Shown in pieces: positions 8,792 to 18,367 of a stretch of 64,000 nucleotides of DNA. Under the pieces are notes generated by a model. It was given only the letters and a program-made list of their open reading frames with translations, made no database searches and was not told the DNA's origin. Made by a program: the position numbers and the translations under genes. The DNA is taken from assembly GCA_041485905.1 (NCBI GenBank), contig JBGPKK010000001.1, forward strand, positions 38,141-102,140, read 5' to 3'. The stretch's first letter is position 1, and each line of letters begins with the position of its first letter. This DNA is from Vicinamibacteria bacterium (GTDB lineage Bacteria; Acidobacteriota; Vicinamibacteria; Vicinamibacterales; CAVVIG01).

Positions 8792-9574
8792 TTACATGAC
8801 GACGCCGCCACCCACCAGGATCATCTGGCCGGTGAGAAACGCGGCGGCCGGCGAGGCGAGAAAGACGGCGGCGCCGGCGACGTCCTCGGGCGCGCCCCAC
8901 CGTTTAAGGGGCGTCGACTCCGCCACGGCGCGGTGCGTGTCCGCGTCCACGCCTCCGCCGAACGACGTCTCGATCCAACCCGGCGCGAGCACGTTGACGC
9001 GCACGCGCGGCGCGACCGACCTCGCCAGCGATTTGCTGAAGGCGAGCACGCCGCCTTTTACCGCCGCGTACAGCTGCGGGTTGAGGCCAGGCATGCCGGT
9101 GAGCACGTGATCCCAGCTCATATTGATGATGACGCCGCCCTCATCCTGCGCGCCCAGCATTTCCGCCGCCTGCCATGAGGCGAGCATCGTGCCGCGAAGA
9201 TCCACGGTGAGCAGCAGGTCGAGCTTGTCGACTGCCGACAGTGAGGCGCCCTCGCCCGTGAGGATGTCTGCGCCGGCGTTGTTCACCCAGACATCGAGGC
9301 GTCCGAGGGAGTCGCGGGCTGCCGACGCGAGAGTACGGATGGACCCGACGTCGGCGAGGTCGAGGTGGATGACGGCGGCGCGGCGTGCGAGCGACCGGAT
9401 CTCGGTTTCCACTTCGCGCGCGCCACTCTCGTTCGCGCGATAGGTAATCGCCACGTCGGCGCCCGCGCGGGCGGCGGCAAGCGCAATCGCCCGGCCGATT
9501 CCACTCGAGGCGCCGGTCACGAGCACGGCGCGACCGGTGAGCGGCGCAACGGGGTTGGTCATCGAAGACTTCAT
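8792..9574 (-). CDS. short-chain dehydrogenase/reductase (SDR)
   Basis: ORF track. VLVTGASSGIGRAIA Rossmann motif, NNAG, YAAVKGG (YxxxK). Confidence 0.85.
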   Translation of the reverse strand: MKSSMTNPVAPLTGRAVLVTGASSGIGRAIALAAARAGADVAITYRANESGAREVETEIRSLARRAAVIHLDLADVGSIRTLASAARDSLGRLDVWVNNAGADILTGEGASLSAVDKLDLLLTVDLRGTMLASWQAAEMLGAQDEGGVIINMSWDHVLTGMPGLNPQLYAAVKGGVLAFSKSLARSVAPRVRVNVLAPGWIETSFGGGVDADTHRAVAESTPLKRWGAPEDVAGAAVFLASPAAAFLTGQMILVGGGVVM

Positions 9575-9591
9575 CGAGGATCATACTAGAC

Positions 9592-10296
9592 ATGACTGCC
9601 GGGGCTACCGGGGACGGCCACTCCGAGGACGAGCTGCGCGCGATTTACGATCAGAGCTACGTCGATCAGTACGACCCGCATGCGGTCCGGCGGATGCGCC
9701 GCATGCTGCCGTTCTTCGACCTGTCCGGCCAGGAAGTCGTCGCCGACTTCGGGTGCGGGAACGGCGTCCTCCTCGAGCTCGTCGCTCCCCGCGTCCGCGA
9801 GTATGTCGGCATCGATTTCTCCGAGCCCTTCGTGCTGGCGGCCAGGCGCCGCCGAGACGCACGTGGCATCGAGAACGGGACGTTCCACTGCGCCGACATC
9901 GTCGCTTTCTGCGAAGAGCACCCGAACCACTTCGACGCCGCGTTCGCGCTCGACTTCTCGGAGCACGTGTACGACGACCAGTTCCTGCGGATCTTCCGCG
10001 CCATCCACGGCGCGCTAAAGCCAGGATCGTCGTTGTATCTGCACACGCCAAGCGGCGAGTACTTCATGGAGCGGTTCAGGGAGTGGGGCATCCTCACGCA
10101 GATCGAGGGCCATGTCGCGGTCCGGGATGCCCGACGTCATCGGACGCTTCTCGCGCAATGCGGCTTCGCGAACGTCCACGTCCGCTACCTCGCCCACTAC
10201 CTGTACGCGGCCTCGACGCTCCACTGGCTCGGCGCCTTGCCGCTGGTCGGTCGATACTTCCGCGCGCGATTGTTTCTCACATGTCGAAAGGACTAG
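9592..10296 (+). CDS. class I SAM-dependent methyltransferase
   Basis: ORF track. VVADFGCGNGVLL (motif I), later DAAFALDFSEHV. Confidence 0.8.
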   Translation: MTAGATGDGHSEDELRAIYDQSYVDQYDPHAVRRMRRMLPFFDLSGQEVVADFGCGNGVLLELVAPRVREYVGIDFSEPFVLAARRRRDARGIENGTFHCADIVAFCEEHPNHFDAAFALDFSEHVYDDQFLRIFRAIHGALKPGSSLYLHTPSGEYFMERFREWGILTQIEGHVAVRDARRHRTLLAQCGFANVHVRYLAHYLYAASTLHWLGALPLVGRYFRARLFLTCRKD

Positions 10297-10427
10297 TGGA
10301 CACCCACGCTGTGGCGCAGCGCTTGAGCGCTGCGAAAACGTGGCCGACTCGGAGGGCTGAAGCCCTGCGCTACAGCAGTACTGATTCAGCGCGGAGGTTC
10401 AAACCTGATAAAGAATAGGGCTCTCCC

Positions 10428-10454
10428 TCCGTGTCCTCTGTGTCCTCCGTGGTG
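10428..10454. repeat. Short tandem repeat, period 9 (gtgtcctct gtgtcctcc gtggtg)
   Basis: Read directly. Lies just upstream of the likely mfnB start. Confidence 0.7.
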
Positions 10455-10469
10455 GAGAGTGTGATCGGC

Positions 10470-11177
10470 ATGCGATTGCTGGTGAGCGTGATGGACGCGG
10501 CGGAGGCGGGCGCGGCGCTCGAGGGTGGCGCGGACGTGATCGACGCGAAAGATCCGTTTGCCGGCGCGCTCGGCGCGGTGTCGCGCGACGTGCTGCGCGC
10601 CATTCACGCGGCTGTTGGTGGTCAACGCCTTATCACCGCTGCGCTGGGCGACGCGACCGACGAAGCGGCGATTGAGCGAGCCGCCCGCGAATTCACCGCC
10701 GACGCGGCGCTGGTGAAGGTGGGCTTCGCCGGAATCGCCACCACCGGACGTGTGGCGGCGCTCATTGCGGCTGCAGTGCGCGGCGCGAGGGCCGGAAGCC
10801 ACGCGAACGGTGGGGTCGTCGCCGTCGCGTACGCCGATGCGGACCGTGCGGACGGCCTGGCGCCTGCCCTGATCATGGAAGCCGCAGCGGTTGCCGGCGC
10901 CGCGGGTGTGTTGCTCGACACGGCGAACAAGGGCGGACCCGGTCTCTGCGATCTCATCGCACCGGCTGCGCTCGCCGCCTGGGTGTCGCGGGCGCACCAA
11001 GCCGGCTTGCAGGTCGCCCTCGCCGGTCGCTTGACGGCGGATGATCTCCCGCTCGTGCGCGATGCCGGCGCGGACATCGCCGGGGTCCGCGGCGCCGCGT
11101 GCAAGGGCGGCCGTACCGGCCGCGTGTCGGCCGACAAGGTCCGTCTGCTGCGGACGCTACTCCGATTTCAGGGCTGA
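10470..11177 (+). CDS. mfnB: (5-formylfuran-3-yl)methyl phosphate synthase (methanofuran biosynthesis)
   Basis: Start taken at MRLLVSVMD (Met14 of ORF 10431..11177). GGADVIDAKDP, KVGFAG, LLDTANKGG, ALAGRL and IAGVRGAAC line up with archaeal MfnB as I remember it. Confidence 0.8.
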   Translation: MRLLVSVMDAAEAGAALEGGADVIDAKDPFAGALGAVSRDVLRAIHAAVGGQRLITAALGDATDEAAIERAAREFTADAALVKVGFAGIATTGRVAALIAAAVRGARAGSHANGGVVAVAYADADRADGLAPALIMEAAAVAGAAGVLLDTANKGGPGLCDLIAPAALAAWVSRAHQAGLQVALAGRLTADDLPLVRDAGADIAGVRGAACKGGRTGRVSADKVRLLRTLLRFQG

Positions 11178-12809
11178 GCTCAACGCGTCTGCTCGATCGG
11201 CGGCAACAATCACGGTCGTCACAGCCGCTGGCAGCGCGCGATCGAAATAATCATCCACCACGTCGCCACCGGCCGCACCGGGAGGCTTGACGAGAACGAG
11301 TCGGCTCGCACCGACTTCTCCCGCCACCCAGGCGGCGATGCTGTCGCTTGTCACGTCCCACGTGTGTGGAAGCGGATCGGCTTGGCGCAGCCAGCGCGAT
11401 GGCGCAAGTACCGGCAGATGGCCGGCGTCGAGCGCGGCAGCGATCTCTTGGGGCTTGGCGACGAGCACACCGCCGGCCACGCGCTCCACGATGAGGTGCG
11501 CGTACTGATCCATGGCCAGCACCGCCATCCAGTGCGCGGCATCGTCGGACAGATCGAGCCGCTGATCCACCGCACGAACGGCATCGGCGAACGGTCCACC
11601 TCCCGGCACCACAAGCAGCCGACGCTTGCGTGCGGCGGCAGCGATCGCCGCGAGCGCACCATCGAAATGCCCGGCGTCCGCGAGCACGCCGCCGCCAAGT
11701 TTCACGACCGTGTCGACGAAGGCCGTCACGCCCGCCACGGCGGGCCTCGAGGCTTGCACGACATCAACGACCGCTGGGCAAGCCTGCACGACATCACCTT
11801 GTGCCAGCGCCCGCTCGAGCAGTAGGGCGACGGCCGCAGCCGGTGTGCACCGCGCGACCGCGCTGCCGAGCTCCGTCGCCAGCCGCACAATCTGCAGCCC
11901 GGCCGCTCGTGCGGCCGCATCGCCCAGGAAGGCGCCCAGACCGGTGACCACCGCAATGTGCAGCGACGGATGGACGGTGAGCACGCGCCGAATCGCCGCG
12001 GTGATGCGCGCCACCTGCGCCTCCGCCAGCGCCGCGGCGATGGAAGACACCGCCGCTTCGTCCAGCAGCTCGCGATCCGCGCAGACGACGCGCGCGAGTC
12101 GTTCGCCGGCGAATTCGCGCGTGGCGGGACGCCCGTCGGGCGTCGGCGAGGTGTAGTCGGCCGGCGCGAGGTTGCCGCGCCACACGTGCACGTCGCCGGC
12201 AAGCGCGAACCCCTCCGCCGACACGCCGGTCAGCCTGCCGCCGACTGGCACGTGACTGGCCATCGCTTCGGCAGGAGTGCGGACCGCCCCCGTATATACG
12301 AGCTCGCCCGAGGCGAGGCGCTCCGGATCAGTCCGCCCTTCAGCGACCACTGCCCCTCCCACGATGGGAACGATGTCCGTGCTGGTGGTGCCGATGTCGA
12401 CAAGCAGCGCGTCAGGATGTCGGCCGGCGATCACGTGCGCGGTGGCCGCCCAGTTCGCCGCAGCCACGGCGAGCGCGTCCTGGCGAGCCTCGTCGGGCGC
12501 GAGGAAGCGCCCATCGACCGCGAACACTCGCACTACGCGCGACGGGAAAGCCGTCTCCACCGCGTCGAGCACGAACGCGACGCCTTCGCGTTTGGTGCGG
12601 AACATCTGCGACAGCTCGGCGGTCATGGTCACGCCGTGCGGGGCACAGACGTCGGCGCCGACTTCTGACGCGAGCCGACCGAGCAGCGATACGAGCGTGT
12701 CGGGAGCACGCTGCAGTTCAAAGGGCCGTGCGCGTACAGCCTTCACGTCGCCGTCCGCGATGCGCGCGACCTTCGTGGCCACGCCCCCGATGTCCCAGCC
12801 GATCACCAA
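11157..12809 (-). CDS. Fusion protein: hydantoinase-A-like MfnF-type domain plus amino-acid-kinase MfnE-type domain
   Basis: ORF track, 550 aa. The N-terminus MVIGWDIGGVATKVA...LLVDIGTTSTDIVPI is hydantoinase/oxoprolinase-like (H4MPT-island orf21/MfnF type). The C-terminus VKLGGGVL...LLVVPGGGPFAD...DVTSDSIAAWVA...LVLVKP is Asp/Glu/uridylate-kinase-like (orf22/MfnE type). Confidence 0.8.
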   Translation of the reverse strand: MVIGWDIGGVATKVARIADGDVKAVRARPFELQRAPDTLVSLLGRLASEVGADVCAPHGVTMTAELSQMFRTKREGVAFVLDAVETAFPSRVVRVFAVDGRFLAPDEARQDALAVAAANWAATAHVIAGRHPDALLVDIGTTSTDIVPIVGGAVVAEGRTDPERLASGELVYTGAVRTPAEAMASHVPVGGRLTGVSAEGFALAGDVHVWRGNLAPADYTSPTPDGRPATREFAGERLARVVCADRELLDEAAVSSIAAALAEAQVARITAAIRRVLTVHPSLHIAVVTGLGAFLGDAAARAAGLQIVRLATELGSAVARCTPAAAVALLLERALAQGDVVQACPAVVDVVQASRPAVAGVTAFVDTVVKLGGGVLADAGHFDGALAAIAAAARKRRLLVVPGGGPFADAVRAVDQRLDLSDDAAHWMAVLAMDQYAHLIVERVAGGVLVAKPQEIAAALDAGHLPVLAPSRWLRQADPLPHTWDVTSDSIAAWVAGEVGASRLVLVKPPGAAGGDVVDDYFDRALPAAVTTVIVAADRADALSSALKSE

Positions 12810-12883
12810 ATCGATGCCGATTCTAGTCGACTCCGATTCAGCGGGGCGCGGGCGGCTCTGGAAAGTCGCGGTATGATCCGCGC

Positions 12884-15352
12884 GTGAATGCCCTCGCGGC
12901 GGCCAGGCGACCGGGATTCTTCGTCCTGTGCGCAGCCGCGCTGAGCGTCACGGTGCACGCGTGGCTTTCCCGCGGCACATTCGTGCCGATCGCGCAGGGC
13001 GCGCGCATCGAATACGTGTGGGTTGCGGCCACGGTCGGCTCGTTCGTCGCAATCGCGATCGCCACGACCGCGCTGGTGTTCCTCGCGCATGCCCTCGTCA
13101 GGGGTGCCTCGGCGCGGGTAGGAACCCGGCCCCTTGAGCTCTTGTCGTGGGACGACGTGAGGTATGCGCGACCGCTGTTCTGGTTTGCCGCCAGCGCGGT
13201 GCCGCTGCTGAGTCTAGCGCCGGGGGTCGGCCGATGGCTGCCGGTCGCGTCGTATGTGATCGTCGATTTGCGATGGTGGTGGACGGCGTTGGTCGTGCTC
13301 TGGCTCGCGCGCAACATCGACGCACGGGCGCGTGGCGCGTGGCGTCGGTCGATCTCAAGCGTCCCGGTGCCAACCATCGTCCGGCGCTGGGCGCCAGAGG
13401 TGACGCTCGCCGCTATCGCCATCACGTGGGCGGTCGCAGGCACGCCGATCCTCCGATTGCTCGGCGGCACCAACGGGGACGAACCGAAGTACGTCCGGTA
13501 CTGCGAGAACCTGTATCAGGGCCTCGGCTTCGATGTCTCCCAGATCAAGGCGCTGTCGCAATTGCCGGCCGATTTTCGCCCGCGCGTGTTTCACAACCTC
13601 GTGCTGGTTGCCGAGACGCTCCCCGGCGATCTGAGAAACCTCGCCGCCGACGCGGTCGCGTTTCTTGGCAACCCGTCGCGCTCGTTCAATCGTGCGCACT
13701 ACCGCGACGCCGGTTTTCTCGACGGCAAGGACGGCGGGATGTACCAGGTGCACAATCCCGGCCTGTCGTTTCTGATGTTCCCGGCCTACTACGTGGACAG
13801 GCAACTCGCCCAGGTCGAACCCGGATCGCCGGCGCAGTGGCCGATCAGACTCCCCGCGGTCAACACGTTTTTCCTCGCCGTCTACGCGCTCTGGACCGTG
13901 CTGATCTACCGGTTCCTGCAAAAATGTGGCGCCACGAGCGGCGTCGCGTGGGTCGCCAGCCTCACCTCGATGCTGACGCTTCCGGTCGCGGCGTTTCCCT
14001 ATCAGTACTATCCGGAGCTCGCAGCCGGGATCTTCGTGTCAGCGGTGGGTGCTCACATTCTGTTCACCGATCCGCGCGGCCGGGCGGCGTCATTCTTTTA
14101 CGGTCTCCTCGCCGGCTACCTGCTGTGGCTGCATGTCAGATTCGTCGGCGTGACCGCGGCGCTCACGCTTGGGGCGCTCGTCGCCTGGCGGGGCGACAGG
14201 ACGCGGAGTCTCGTGTTCATCGCCGGCGTCACGATTCCGGTCGCGCTCTTTTCGCTCTACGCGTATCGAATCACCGGCAGCGTGTTGCCGTCGGCCCTCT
14301 GGTCCGTCGAAGGGAATGAAAATTTCACGTGGGTGCGGATGTTCAAGAACAGCGTTCCCTATCTGCTGGATCGTGAGTGGGGACTGTTCGCGCACTCGCC
14401 GGTCTTCCTGTTGGCGCTTCCCGGATACGTGTGGATGGCGCGGCGAAAACCGGCAGTCGCGTGGCTGAGCGCGCTGGTCTTCTTCGGGCTGCTGCTGCCC
14501 GCCGCCGGCAAGACGCTCGGCCAGACGACACCGATGCGCCTCATCTGCGCGGTCGTGCCGTTCGCCGCGACGCCGCTCATCGAACTGCTCGCCCGCCGCG
14601 GCAGATGGGCGGTTCAGATTGCCTTTGGACTACTGCTGATCCTCTCGCTGGACAACGCGCTGACCTACAACCTCCACCACTATCGTCACCTGTCCACGCT
14701 TGTCGACTGGAGCTTCAGCGGGTGGAAGGTGAACCTGCTCTTTCCGGTCCAGGCCAGGTCGCCGTGGCACATATCGGCGGCCAACGGAATCCTGCTGATC
14801 GCATGGATCGTCGTCGTGCTTGCGTTATTGGCAGCGCCGGCATTGCTGGGCTGGGCACGCGCACGAGAATGGACGCGACTCCAGATCGCTGCGAATGTTC
14901 GTTCGATGGTCGGTCCGGCGCTGGCGGCGACCGGAGTCTTCGTCGTGCTCAGTACCGCGATTTCTGCGGCGACCGGTTTCTGGACGACCCCCGACTATTT
15001 TATCCCTCCGCAGGAGGCGGCGCAGCAGGCCGCGCTGCTGGTGGACGATTTGGGCCGCTGCGTGCTGTGCGTCTCGTCGACCCACGGGCGGCTGTCTGCG
15101 CGCCGAATCGTGGCGAATCTGGAAGCCGTCGACCCTTCGGTGATCGCTCGCCAGCATCGAGAGGCGGAGGAACGAGCCTACAAAGACTGGCTCGCGATGC
15201 CCGGACAGATTCGTGCGTGGTACATCGAAGCCAACGGTCACGAGCCCGCCAACGAGGACCTCGGACACTACCTGTACCAGTGGCGCGAGGAGCACGTCGC
15301 GCGCGTGGAGATCCGGCGACGGATTTTCGAAGCCGTGAAAAAGGAACCCTAG
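12884..15352 (+). CDS. Large polytopic membrane protein, possibly a GT-C-fold (ArnT/PMT-like) glycosyltransferase
   Basis: ORF track, 822 aa with many hydrophobic segments. A GDEPKYVRY loop motif after the first TM helices resembles the DE-x-Y loop of GT-C enzymes. The function call is weak. Confidence 0.6.
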   Translation: MNALAAARRPGFFVLCAAALSVTVHAWLSRGTFVPIAQGARIEYVWVAATVGSFVAIAIATTALVFLAHALVRGASARVGTRPLELLSWDDVRYARPLFWFAASAVPLLSLAPGVGRWLPVASYVIVDLRWWWTALVVLWLARNIDARARGAWRRSISSVPVPTIVRRWAPEVTLAAIAITWAVAGTPILRLLGGTNGDEPKYVRYCENLYQGLGFDVSQIKALSQLPADFRPRVFHNLVLVAETLPGDLRNLAADAVAFLGNPSRSFNRAHYRDAGFLDGKDGGMYQVHNPGLSFLMFPAYYVDRQLAQVEPGSPAQWPIRLPAVNTFFLAVYALWTVLIYRFLQKCGATSGVAWVASLTSMLTLPVAAFPYQYYPELAAGIFVSAVGAHILFTDPRGRAASFFYGLLAGYLLWLHVRFVGVTAALTLGALVAWRGDRTRSLVFIAGVTIPVALFSLYAYRITGSVLPSALWSVEGNENFTWVRMFKNSVPYLLDREWGLFAHSPVFLLALPGYVWMARRKPAVAWLSALVFFGLLLPAAGKTLGQTTPMRLICAVVPFAATPLIELLARRGRWAVQIAFGLLLILSLDNALTYNLHHYRHLSTLVDWSFSGWKVNLLFPVQARSPWHISAANGILLIAWIVVVLALLAAPALLGWARAREWTRLQIAANVRSMVGPALAATGVFVVLSTAISAATGFWTTPDYFIPPQEAAQQAALLVDDLGRCVLCVSSTHGRLSARRIVANLEAVDPSVIARQHREAEERAYKDWLAMPGQIRAWYIEANGHEPANEDLGHYLYQWREEHVARVEIRRRIFEAVKKEP

Positions 15353-15353
15353 G

Positions 15354-16100
15354 CTATATCCCGCCGGTCACGTCGATGAAGGCGCCGGTCGTGAACGACG
15401 CTTCATCCGACAACAGCCAGAGAATGGCGTGGGCCACTTCGTCGACCGTCCCGCCGCGTTTCATCGGCACAAACGCTTTGACCCGGTCAACGCGGTTCGG
15501 CTCCCCGCCGCTGGCATGCAGCTCCGTGTAGATATGCCCGGCGCGAACGGCGTTCACACGGATGCGTTCTTCGGCCACTTCGCGCGCCAGGCCGATGGTC
15601 AGCGTATCGACCGCACCTTTGGACGCCGCGTAATCGACGTATTCGCCAGGCGATCCCAGACGTGCGGCACCAGAAGACACGTTCACGATGGCTCCGCCTG
15701 TTCCGCCGTGTTTGGTAGACATGCGGCGCACGGCCTCGCGGGCGCACAGAAAGGGACCGACGATGTTGGTCGTGAAGATGCGGTGCAGACGCGCCGCGTC
15801 CATCGCGTCGACGCGCATCTGCGTCTCAAGGATCCCGGCATTGTTGACGAGGGCCGCCGGACACCCAAGTGTCGCGTCGCAGGTTTCAAATAACCGCACC
15901 ACGTCGGCCTCGACGCCCACGTCGGCCGCTACAGCCGTGGCCTTGCCACCGCCGGATTCGATCGCCTGAACGACCTGGTTCGCGGCCTCGCGGTTGCGCC
16001 GATAATTGACGCACACCGCGTAGCCGCGCCGGGCGGCGAGGCGCGCCGTCGCCGCGCCGATGCCGCGGCCAGCGCCCGTGATCAGGATCACTTTGTCCAT
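15354..16100 (-). CDS. short-chain dehydrogenase/reductase (SDR)
   Basis: ORF track. ILITGAGRGIGAATA, NNAG, YAASKGA. Confidence 0.85.
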   Translation of the reverse strand: MDKVILITGAGRGIGAATARLAARRGYAVCVNYRRNREAANQVVQAIESGGGKATAVAADVGVEADVVRLFETCDATLGCPAALVNNAGILETQMRVDAMDAARLHRIFTTNIVGPFLCAREAVRRMSTKHGGTGGAIVNVSSGAARLGSPGEYVDYAASKGAVDTLTIGLAREVAEERIRVNAVRAGHIYTELHASGGEPNRVDRVKAFVPMKRGGTVDEVAHAILWLLSDEASFTTGAFIDVTGGI

Positions 16101-16150
16101 GGAGCAGTGGTTGGAGTCTAGAACCTATCTCATAGGCGCGGCATTTTTTG

Positions 16151-16174
16151 TTTCGTGTTTTCGTGTTTTCGTGG
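16151..16174. repeat. Tandem repeat, period 8 (tttcgtgt x3)
   Basis: tttcgtgttttcgtgttttcgtgg, in the divergent intergenic region between the SDR and HisA/F-like genes. Confidence 0.8.
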
Positions 16175-16195
16175 CAGATCGCTGCTTCGGTGCCC

Positions 16196-16963
16196 ATGCG
16201 AATCGTCGGCGTCGTTGACCTGCGCGGCGGCTGCGCCGTGCACGCGCGTGCCGGCGTGCGCGAGAACTACGCACCGGTCCGCGCGGTCGCCGGCGCGGTC
16301 ATCCAACCCGGCGACGCGCTCGCGCTGGCGCGCACGTACACGGACCGCCTCGGCGTCCGGGAGCTGTACGTCGCCGACCTCGATGCGATCGTTGGCCGCC
16401 ATGGCATCCAGGACGCGGTTGTCGCCGACCTGGCGGCGCTCGGCGCACCGCTCTGGCTGGACGCCGGCGCGTCATCCATCGATCAGGCGCGCCACGCGCT
16501 CGACCTGGGCAGCGCACACGTCGTCGTGGGGATCGAGACGCTCTCGTCGTACGACGCGCTTGCCGAGATCTGCGACGCGGTGGGCGGCGACCGCGTTGCC
16601 GTCAGCCTCGACCTGCGCAATGGTGCACCAGTGGTGAGCGGCATTCCGCCAGGCGAGCCGGCGCACGTGATAGCCGGGCGCGCGGCGAAGGCAGGAGCGA
16701 GCGCCGTGATCGTGATCGACCTGGCGCGCGTCGGCACCAGTCGCGGGCTCGATCTCGATCTGATCGCCCGGGTGCGCGAGGTCGCGGCGAACGTCACGCT
16801 GCTGGCCGGCGGCGGCGTTCGTGGGCTGCAGGACCTCGCACAACTCGCCGATGCCGGATGCGACGGCGCTCTGGTCGCGACGACGCTGCACGATGGCCGG
16901 ATCGGCGCCGCCGAGGTGGCGGCCGCGCGAGGATGGCATCGTTACGGGAGCCCGACGCGGTAA
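16196..16963 (+). CDS. HisA/HisF-family (beta/alpha)8-barrel protein
   Basis: Start at MRIVGVVDL (Met17 of ORF 16148..16963). VADLDAI, VVVGIETL, IVIDLARVGT and LAGGGVRGLQDL fit the HisA/HisF fold family. Confidence 0.75.
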   Translation: MRIVGVVDLRGGCAVHARAGVRENYAPVRAVAGAVIQPGDALALARTYTDRLGVRELYVADLDAIVGRHGIQDAVVADLAALGAPLWLDAGASSIDQARHALDLGSAHVVVGIETLSSYDALAEICDAVGGDRVAVSLDLRNGAPVVSGIPPGEPAHVIAGRAAKAGASAVIVIDLARVGTSRGLDLDLIARVREVAANVTLLAGGGVRGLQDLAQLADAGCDGALVATTLHDGRIGAAEVAAARGWHRYGSPTR

Positions 16964-17442
16964 ACGGCGGACTGCCCGAAGTTCTCCTCGATTTCCATCT
17001 CGATGGCCGTCAACCCGCGCGCGCCCACTGTCTCGAGCTCGGCGCGCAAGCGGCCCGCGAGGAGCTCGGCGAGCATCTCCACCGTCGTGTTCGGAACAGG
17101 GAGCAGCGAGCAGTCGCCGCGCGGGAAGAGATAGCGCGGTTTCCCTTCGTAGGCGACCGTCACTGACTCTCCGTCCTGACCGATCTGGATCTTCGGATTC
17201 TCCAGCGGGAGCAGGACTTTGTGGTCGATCTCGTCGCACAGCCGGCGCATGATCTTCTTGAGCACCACGAAGTCGAAGACGAACCAGCTGTCCTCATCGA
17301 GCTTTCCCTCGATCGTCACGCGCGCGCGGTAGTTGTGGCCGTGCAGTCCTTCGCAGCGGTGCCCGGCAAATGTGATGAAATGCGCGGAGGCGAAGACAAG
17401 GTAATCCTTCGAGACCGACACGCGGAACTCACCGCGTTGCAT
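16942..17442 (-). CDS. 6-pyruvoyl-tetrahydropterin synthase / QueD-family protein
   Basis: Start at MQRGEF (Met12 of ORF 16942..17475). FASAHFITFAGHRCEGLHGHNY is the PTPS/QueD zinc and active-site motif. Confidence 0.8.
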   Translation of the reverse strand: MQRGEFRVSVSKDYLVFASAHFITFAGHRCEGLHGHNYRARVTIEGKLDEDSWFVFDFVVLKKIMRRLCDEIDHKVLLPLENPKIQIGQDGESVTVAYEGKPRYLFPRGDCSLLPVPNTTVEMLAELLAGRLRAELETVGARGLTAIEMEIEENFGQSAVYRVGLP

Positions 17443-17495
17443 GGCAGCCTCCCGACGATACGTCCGCACGTCCAATCGCTTTCACGCTGCGCATT

Positions 17496-18353
17496 CTACG
17501 CGTTCCAGCCGCCGGCGAGCAGGACGACAAAGATCGCCGCGGCTGTGAGATCAGCGGTGGTGCCCGGGTTGGCGATGTTGCGCGGGTCGCGCAGCGCGCG
17601 GTCCATCTGGTCGATCGCATCCCGTCCGGCCGCCGAGCGGATGCCGCCCGCGGCGAGTGCGGTGCGCGCCCGCTGCGAGACGTCCTCCGCTCGGGCCGCC
17701 CCACCGCGCCGGACCACGTGCGTGTCCGGACCTGCGGCGAGCAGTGTCAGAAACGTTTCGACGACCGCTTCGTCCCAGGAGACCCCATCGCGGCGCGCCC
17801 GGTCGAGCGCGGGGACGGCGGTCTCGAACGTCACCTCGAACGCTGTGGCGTACTCGCGCGCAACGAGGTCCCGGCCCGCCGCAAGCCGCATCGCTTCGAG
17901 CAGCGTGACGTCTGGCTCGTCCGCGACGTCCTCGGTCTCCACTTTCCCAAGTCCGCCGGGCGCCGCCAGGCGAATCGCCGCGTACACGTCGCGGGCATCG
18001 TCGACAGTGGTCGCCTCCAGAACATCGCGCAGCGCGAAGCGGAGGTCCCCTTTTTCAGCCAGCAGCGCGGCACGCGCGAGCGGCGCCAGGAGCAGCACGA
18101 TACCGAGATTCGTGTTCGAGCGCGTCCAGCGCGCGGTCGCCTCGACGGCAAGGTACACGGTTGCGCCGAGGGGACGCGTGGCGGCGCCCCCCAGCGGACC
18201 GCCAATCGCGGCCGCGCTGGCCAGGAAATCCTCGTAGCGTGCGTCGGCGAAATGGCGTCCCGGTGAAACATTGCCCGGCTTCGGTGCGCTGGCCTCGAGC
18301 AGGCACGCCAGCTGTGCGGCGACCGTCACGTCCGCTGCGCTGAGAGTCGTCAC
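17496..18353 (-). CDS. triphosphoribosyl-dephospho-CoA synthase (CitG/MdcB) homologue of H4MPT islands
   Basis: GTG start (Val100 of ORF 17496..18650), 14 nt after the upstream stop. LLEASAPKPGNVSP, TNLGIVLLLAPL and PDTHVVRRGG fit the CitG family. Confidence 0.75.
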   Translation of the reverse strand: MTTLSAADVTVAAQLACLLEASAPKPGNVSPGRHFADARYEDFLASAAAIGGPLGGAATRPLGATVYLAVEATARWTRSNTNLGIVLLLAPLARAALLAEKGDLRFALRDVLEATTVDDARDVYAAIRLAAPGGLGKVETEDVADEPDVTLLEAMRLAAGRDLVAREYATAFEVTFETAVPALDRARRDGVSWDEAVVETFLTLLAAGPDTHVVRRGGAARAEDVSQRARTALAAGGIRSAAGRDAIDQMDRALRDPRNIANPGTTADLTAAAIFVVLLAGGWNA

Positions 18354-18367
18354 CCAACCGCCGCTCG

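Noticed and set aside
10315-10334. The perfect 8-bp hairpin cgcagcgc-ttga-gcgctgcg after the methyltransferase gene as an intrinsic terminator. The neighbouring agggc-tgaa-gccct hairpin was also considered.
   Set aside because: It is followed by AAAACG rather than a U-tract on the transcribed strand. It may be a REP-like element, but I cannot support a terminator call.
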